Shown: positions 57,220-64,000 of the stretch, piece after piece
Position numbering within the stretch: the first letter of the stretch is position 1
Layout: each line of letters opens with the position of its first letter
Assembly: GCA_008632985.1 (NCBI GenBank)
Contig: QPGO01000002.1
Location: 372,001 to 436,000 of the forward strand
Direction of reading: 5' to 3'
DNA from: Psammoneis japonica
Lineage: Eukaryota
Length of the DNA stretch: 64,000 bases
Notes under the pieces: model-generated
What the model was told of the DNA's origin: nothing
Databases searched by the model: none
Seen by the model: the letters and a program-made list of their open reading frames with translations, nothing else
Position numbers and translations under genes: made by a program

Positions 57220-58967
57220 TCAATTCAAATTCTTCCACGCCGTCGGCATCATGTCATCTGGGATCATCATTGTATGTCGAAACGCCGAATGCACTTCATG
57301 ATCCCGGGTGTAGAGTTCGTCTTCAAATAATATGGCATCACGAGGCACGCCAAACACCACGTGTTTGAAAATTTCTCTTGTTTCGTGTGTCTCGTTGTCC
57401 AAGATCCTCTCAATGACTTCCACATTGTACAAGACTTGTCCGCGAACAAAATAATGTCCAACGATTCGTACCATGCAATAGTCAACTTGTTGTTTAGACG
57501 CCTTTGTTCCGCTGTTGTATTCTAGATAGATACCATGCATCCAAACTGTGAGATTCGGCGAGTAGTATGGAAATTGGTCGTATGGCCAAAATATACTGTC
57601 AAGATCCTCATTCAATTCAAATCCAGCCTGGTATCGAATAGAATCCCTGGCGGGAACAAACGTCTTGATATGATTACTCCATGCCTCTTCCCAGTCAGAT
57701 CCATAGTCGATGAGTATTTCTTCATTCCTGTCGATATCCCGCAACGCCAAAAATCAAAAGCCAATCCGGTATGATAGTAGTCGTTCAAGGATGTGACGGA
57801 CATGTTCATCCATTCAGCATGGGTCTGGCTGTCAGACCATTGGATCTTTGCATTTGGCCTTTGAGACGAGTGATTAATGAGACTTGTAAATATCCCATAG
57901 GGAACGAGCAACAGCGATGAGTTGGCGTGTCCAAAGCAGTAGTTTAGCAATAGTTGCTGATGAACCACTTTCTTGTGCTTCTCATTGTCTTCATAAATGT
58001 CCAAAATGGACCGATTGGGAATCTGAATCAAGGGAGCTGGAGCCACCAAGCCACCCTTTGGTATAAAGTGTGCGGCAAAGGCACCACGGCCCGCTTGTGG
58101 AATGGTGGATGGTCCGGGTCGAATGTTATCGGCGCACTTGCCATGCTCGTCGAGCCATTCCAGGGAACGAATGGATCTATTGTAGTACGTTAGAGCCGTG
58201 CCAATCTCGGCAATGTGTTCCACAGAAGAATACGAATCCGGCAATGCGTGAAGGAGTCTTGATTCTGATCCAACTCCGTGTTTCATACCAGCAATGATGT
58301 TCCAGAGGGCACTGAAACGTCGTGTCGACTCGGCCTTTTCCTCAGTAGCAGTCCACAAGATTGCATTCTTGGTTAAATTGACAAATTTTTGAATGACGGC
58401 ATCGGCTTGCACAAAATGTCGTTCAAAGGGAATGTTGTGACCAAACTCGTCGGCACGTTCTATAACGTATTGCTCACCCCCATTCGTAAACAGTTCCATA
58501 CCAGGGGGGATATCTGTATCGGCGTAAACTTTGCGATCATGATAGGGGGTAAAGGCTCCCACTCCTGGATCCTTGGAGCGATGCAATCCGGCATTATCCG
58601 ACGCGGCCACAGTGCCTTTGACATTGTGTAATCCAAACATGCAATTTATCGCGGCACCCACGCCAAATGTTACCGCATACCTGACTTCGTCTTCTTCTTC
58701 TAGAAGGTGTGGTAAGACTTCAGTTGCTGCCCACGTGTAAGTGTCCTGTAGCAGAAACGGATAAGCGTCTTGGTGGGGCATGTCGTAGAGCGGCACTGCC
58801 AAGTCGCCGTCGACAACCAGATCATGGCGTTTAAAAGATCTGTGGCCTGCAAAAATACCGAGACCCGCGTTGGGAAGGGACGAAGGAGCCAAATATAATC
58901 CACATTGCTCTGAAGCAGTCGCATGTGTATTTTGAGACAAGAACGAGAATAACACCGCCAGAATCAT
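57220..58967 (-). CDS. Signal-peptide SET-domain-like protein, paralogue of 1841-3999 (one apparent frameshift near 57750)
   Basis: CGLYLAPSSLPNAGLGIFAG, STIPQAGRGAFA, LLLNYCFGH, SLINHS, then ALRDIDRNEEILIDYG and AFRHTMMIPDDMMPTAW in the next frame. The shift falls in a short T run. Confidence 0.8.
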
Positions 58968-59347
58968 AACTCATAACGCATTGATGGTTTGCACAGCTGG
59001 TCTCGTTTGCGGAGTTTGAAGTTGGAGAGTGGAGCGGTGAGCGCAATGCTAACGGAGCTCGAAATAGCTCGTATGGTCGATTTTGAGGTACTACCGTATG
59101 AATACGGATCGAAAGCTCTTGATCTCAGCTTTTCAGCGATGTATGTATCAATAGCTGGCAATGCTTCCATGACATTTTTTTAGCCTTAAACTAAATTAAC
59201 GGCTTTAACAGTTTACTATGAGTTTTTTGACCGTTGAGATAATGCGCGAAATAACATGCCAAGACAGTCACGTGACTGTCAAGCATGTACAAAATTACAC
59301 AAACTATTTTAAGCGCTCAAACAGGGTTCGAATTTGAAAAACTCTTG

Positions 59348-61688
59348 ATGGTGGCAACAAGAGCAAAGCAAAGCAGAGTCACAAAAAAATGGCGCGGCCG
59401 AAACCAACCAAAGACGTCAAGGGCGATGAGGCCGCAGAAAAGTTCTGCGATTGGCTTTCCAACCCTGCAGAGTCTCCCATTTTCCACGAGTGCTGCACCC
59501 AAGCAACTGCAAAGAACCTGCGAAATGTCAGTGTCTGCAGAAGCCAAGAGCAGTGTTGGAGAACAACGACAGCTCCTTCGTGAAAATGCTGAGCAACTGC
59601 CTCGTGCACTTTGAAAGACTGGGGTGCACAGAAACACATGCCACTTTTGCATCCTAGATTGAACATTCTGCTTTTGTTCAGAAGCATGCGTGCAAGGGTG
59701 GTTGTCGCTGCTTTGTTTTGCCGCTGTTGAAAGCTGACGCTGACGACGACGAGGAGGAGGAGGGGACACCACCAGATGATCATCTGGTCTGCTGCAGTGC
59801 CCTCCTTGCATTGCTGGGCAAAGGGAGAAAGTTCTGGAGAACTGCCAAGTTGAGTGCAAAGAGCAACGTCTTTCCGAAACACGATCTCAAAGGGAAGACT
59901 GGGCAGAACGCGAACAAGACGCTTGCACCCGAAATGCACACAGTGCTTCGCGCATGTTTTGATGACACAAAGGAACTTTCTGAACCACGCACAACGAGAC
60001 TGGTCAGAGAAGAGACAGGTGTTGGCTTGAGAGATGAAGACACGCACGCACATGACTCACCTCCCACCATGAAAAAGCATGGATCATGCAAACGACACGG
60101 ACAAGAAAATGGCTGGACCCTCAAATCGAACCACAAAGGAAAGTTTCTCAAGGCGGAACCAATTGAAGGAGAAGAGCAGCAACCAATGTGCTCCTGGGCA
60201 CAATTTTGCAAGTTCTGGAAAAAGAGCTGTCCTGAAATTGTCGTGAGAAGGCCCACTCGTGACATCTGCAACGAATGCTGCAAGTTCGCAAATGGCTTCA
60301 GGATGAAAGTGATGAAAGAAAAGACGGGGGGTGAGAGCAATGACGATGACAACAAGGAGGAAAGCAATGATGATGAAGAAGATGGAGCAGATGCAGAGGT
60401 GAGAATGAAAGAGATCGAAGAACAGGAAAATGAAATGTTGCACGCTGCAAAGCACGTCGAGTGGGCTCGAAAGCAATGGACACTTGTGCAACAGTGTGTT
60501 TCGGAAGCAACAGAACACGTGAAAGCCAACAAGGCACACGGCAAGCGAACTCATGCAAGGATTGGTTGCTGTTGTCAAAATGGCGGGCTTCCACATTTTG
60601 GGGCGGATCAGCCAGGGGAGATGCGCTGCTTCTCTCCTTTGACGATCAACATGTTTGGGGTTGCCGATCCTTCGGGGAAAAAAGTTGTGACAGTGACGGA
60701 AGATGAGTTCAAGGATTTTTTGCATGCGTGCATCTGCCATGAGGGCACTGGACAAAAGGGAGGTGACAATGTTGCTTCCCTTGTGATGAAGCACTCACAT
60801 GATGGTGGATTGTTGGATGTCAGGAAGGGTCCAGGCGGAAAGCTTGCATTGATTTTTGACAACTGCATCAGGCAAAACAAAAACAACACGGCATTGAGAC
60901 TTGCTTCACACCTGGTGGAACAAGGACATTTTAAAGAAGTGAGCATTGTTTTTTTGACAAAAGGGCACACCAAGAATGCCTGTGACAGGCTCTTCAAAAG
61001 CCTCAAGCAAACTCACCATGACAAGAACATCGGCATGTTCCGCAAACTCTTGACAGATTTGGACACCTCCGAATGTGTTCAGGTCGTTGAAGTGAAGGAG
61101 GAGGATTTTGTGGGGTGTGGAGCGCACTTTGACCAACATTGCAAGAAGCACAGCACAGCTGCAAAGTGCCACTGCTTTGAAGTGACAGATTCTTCGGAAC
61201 CTGCGGCAGCAACAATGAAAGCAGCAGATGGCGAGCCTGAAGTTAGCAAGGATCTCAAGAAGTGGAAGACAGAATCAATCGAGCAACGAAAACAGAAGTT
61301 GCAAATGTCACAACCACATGCCTTGACACCTCCAGGTGTCAAGGACACAAAGAAGGTCAAGCTTTGTGCCAAGTGTTGGCCGCTTCTTGATGAGGCAGAC
61401 CAAGACGAGATGTGCCCTCATCCTGGAGACGACATCCTCAATTGCATTGCAAAAAGCAAGAGAGAGAAGCAGAAGAACAAGCAGGTGGAGAGCACTGAGC
61501 AGATGGTGCGAAATGAGAAAAAGAAAACTGCCAAAGCCAGCGCAATTCTTTTGGAGAGGGGCACAAATAAAAATCAACAGCAGTCCTTGTGCACACACAA
61601 ACTTTGTGCAATGTTTTGTGTTTGCACTTGCATCACATCACATCACTCAAAAATCTTGCAAGTGCCATTTTCTCAAAACAAATTTTGA
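59348..61688 (+). pseudogene. Second, divergent Sola-type transposase (decayed; no Tyr in the 656-aa frame)
   Basis: RDICNEC, LPHFGADQPGE..FSPL, HEGTGQKGGDNVASL, DNCIRQNKN and GHTKNACDRLF. The N-terminus is frameshifted and TIRs were not identified. Confidence 0.85.
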
Positions 61689-62149
61689 GAGCTTGAGAGC
61701 ACGCGTCAGCACCTTTTCATGTGGCCAGTCTCATGTGAACATGTCTCAACGCATCATTGTGATGATGTTCAATGTCATCAAACACCACAACCACCTGCAT
61801 CCCACAGTGGCACCATTGCCTGCAGTGCTGCACCAATGGCTGCTCTGATGCAGCCACTCTAGCCACTCTAGAGAACTCAGGGGTGTGTCAGTCCTGGCAA
61901 AAGTGGTGCCAGAGGGCAGCATGCGAGCATGTTGTCAAAGCCAAAAAAAACAGCAACATTTGGCAAACTCATTTTTGAGTGGTCAGGAAAATGGAGGACA
62001 AGGAGCGAGGGAAGTTTGCGAAGCCAAGAACTCCTCCAGTGCAAGCACGAGAAGTTTGCAGTGCATCAGGGACCCCGCACAAGAAAGTTTGGGCTCCCCA
62101 AGGTGTGAAAAAGCAAGAAGTTTGCAAAGAACGTGTTTGTGCCCCCCTG

Positions 62150-62508
62150 GGGCGCCAGTGTGACCTCAGGCAGGACTCTGTGCAGCATGTGCGGGCCCGC
62201 AGAATTTTGTGTGCCAGCTCTGCAACAAAGTTGTTGAGCAACAAACATGTGAGATGATTGACAACAGAAAAAGCAAGGCACAACTTTGCAGGCACATCTC
62301 CTCCTGTGCCTGTGTGTGTTCTTTTGCACACCCAACCCACTTTTTTTTGTGCAGATGAAGAAAATGGAGAGCCTTTGGCTTCACAAGACAGGGTGCATGA
62401 AACAATTGGGTGCACAAAAAATGTGTGTGTGCAGCATGTGGCACGATCCAAAAAATCTCATGCCACACTCCAGCACCAGCGCTGGGCCTCACCTGGAGCT
62501 GGGGTGGG
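62150..62508 (-). mobile_element. MITE-like relative of the Sola-type element
   Basis: gggcccgcagaattttgtgtgccagctc and cacctggagctgg match the two element ends in reverse. The interior aligns with 9480-9770. Boundaries are approximate. Confidence 0.7.
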
Positions 62509-63549
62509 AGAAAGGCCCCGGCATGTGAGAATGGTGCCATGTGGAGCCAAATGTTGTGCCACAGAATCAGCAGCAATGACATGCATGTGCTCTTAAAATT
62601 GTGTCAAAGCAAGAGTGACTTGTGCCACTCACTTGTTGTCTGCACAGCTTGACATGCCAAAAAAACAATGACATGGATTGACTCATCTTGTTGACTTTGC
62701 ATTGCATTTTGCACAATCTGGGTCATCCACCACAATCTTGGTGCTCAAATTGAAGGTGTGAAACTTTTGCTGGTGCTGTGTGTGCTTTGTTTTCACCTCA
62801 GTTGTGTGTGTCAAACAATTGTGCCCCTTTGTGCATGACACATGTCACAGGCTGCTGTGAGCAAGTCAAATTTGCAGACAGACATGCAGAGACTGTGGAG
62901 CAACATGCAAGCCAAGAAGCAGCAGCCAACATGGCTCTGTTTGACAAAAACAGATGACCCCCAATGCAGAGGGGTGTGAAAAGCACAAGTGCAAGCATCT
63001 GGGTTGTGAGCTGCTCTCATGTGGTGGCGTGAGCTGAAAAGGTGGTGAGGAAAGAGGAAAAACTTTGGCCCCTGTTGACTCATGTGGCAGCTGTTGACAG
63101 TTTTTTGGAGCTTGGCAGCCATTGCTGGTGCAAGCCTGTGTGTGGAAGTGAGACAGTGTGGTGCTGCAGCAAGAGCCAGCTGGCACATTTAAACAGCCAG
63201 CTCAAAGATGATTGTTCCATGTCATGCCGGCACAGATGCAGAGCTGCACAACATTGTTGAAGAACAGAACAGAGCCCAAATTCAAGCTTGTCTTGCATCT
63301 TCTTGTTCAAGATTCAACGACTGGCAAAAAAATTCTTTTTCAATGAACTGATGTTCAAACGTTGTTTTGATTTTTTGTCAGTGAGGCACGTGCTTGTGTC
63401 ATGCAGGGTCCCCATCTTTTTGGCAAAAAAAAGTGTGTGGAATTTGATGAGGAGCAATTCTGGCAAAAATGCATGCCATCAATTGTCGTTGTCGTTTGTG
63501 TGGTGTGGCACTTTTGTTGGTGTGGTTGTGTCCTCCCTTGTCTGACACA

Positions 63550-63928
63550 GATGCACTCCAGCTCCAGCAGGTGGGACCTTGCACCACTGAACTGTGACAT
63601 CAAGAGGTTTTTGAATTGCGCTGCATGTTGTTTTTGAATTGCGCTGCATGTTGCACATGCAGATGGCTGCATGTGACATTCTACAAAATTGTTTCATGCT
63701 CCCTGTTTTGCAAAACCAAAGGCTTTCTGTCAAGAATGAAAGTGCACTGGGGGCACACTCTTTGATGTCTGCTTGAGTGTGAAGGAGGAGATGCATTTGC
63801 AAAATTGCTTCTTTTTCTGTTGGCGATCATTCACATTTTCATTGCTTGACAAATTCAGCGTGGAGCTTGCACACAGAATTCTGCGGGCCCAATGTCACAC
63901 GGAGCCCTGCTTGGGGCTGGAACCCATC
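63550..63928 (+). mobile_element. MITE-like relative of the Sola-type element with 4-bp TSD (CACA)
   Basis: Starts gatgcactccag and ends ctggaacccatc. caca at 63546-63549 and 63929-63932. Confidence 0.8.
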
Positions 63929-64000
63929 CACACCTCACAATGTGCTGGCCAGGTGTGTGCAGAATTGCCGGCTGCCATTTGTGCTGGCTGTTGCCAATGT

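Noticed and set aside
59718..61688. Alternative genetic code or an active Tyr-free transposase
   Set aside because: Neighbouring host genes use TAY and TAA/TAG normally, TA loss also covers non-coding DNA and all frames, and the N-terminus is frameshifted.

Overview
Eukaryotic, most likely diatom, genomic DNA. This is inferred from short GT-AG introns, signal/TM-anchored SET-domain and kinase paralogues and a KXXK silaffin-like fragment. Ordinary gene blocks (SET-domain proteins, kinases, a 2OG-Fe(II) oxygenase, eIF1AD, a duplicated bacterial-type UDP-sugar dehydrogenase, transportin-3, an ankyrin protein, WS/DGAT) alternate with four sharply bounded transposon islands (about 4.2-5.5, 7.7-12.3, 42.8-56.7 and 59.3-64 kb). 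The main observation is that TpA is almost erased in these islands, on both strands, by TA->TG/CA change (A->G), with an apparent preference for 5'-TAY-3'. Recognisable Sola-type transposases have their conserved Tyr turned to Cys/His (0 Tyr in 656 aa). In-window copy pairs show the substitutions directly, and in younger elements CpG is still present. This looks like a RIP-like, repeat-directed hypermutation system acting on adenine rather than cytosine. I cannot check from here whether it has been described. A nested insertion series with intact TIRs/TSDs can be reconstructed at 49-56.8 kb. All counts were made by eye and need computational confirmation.
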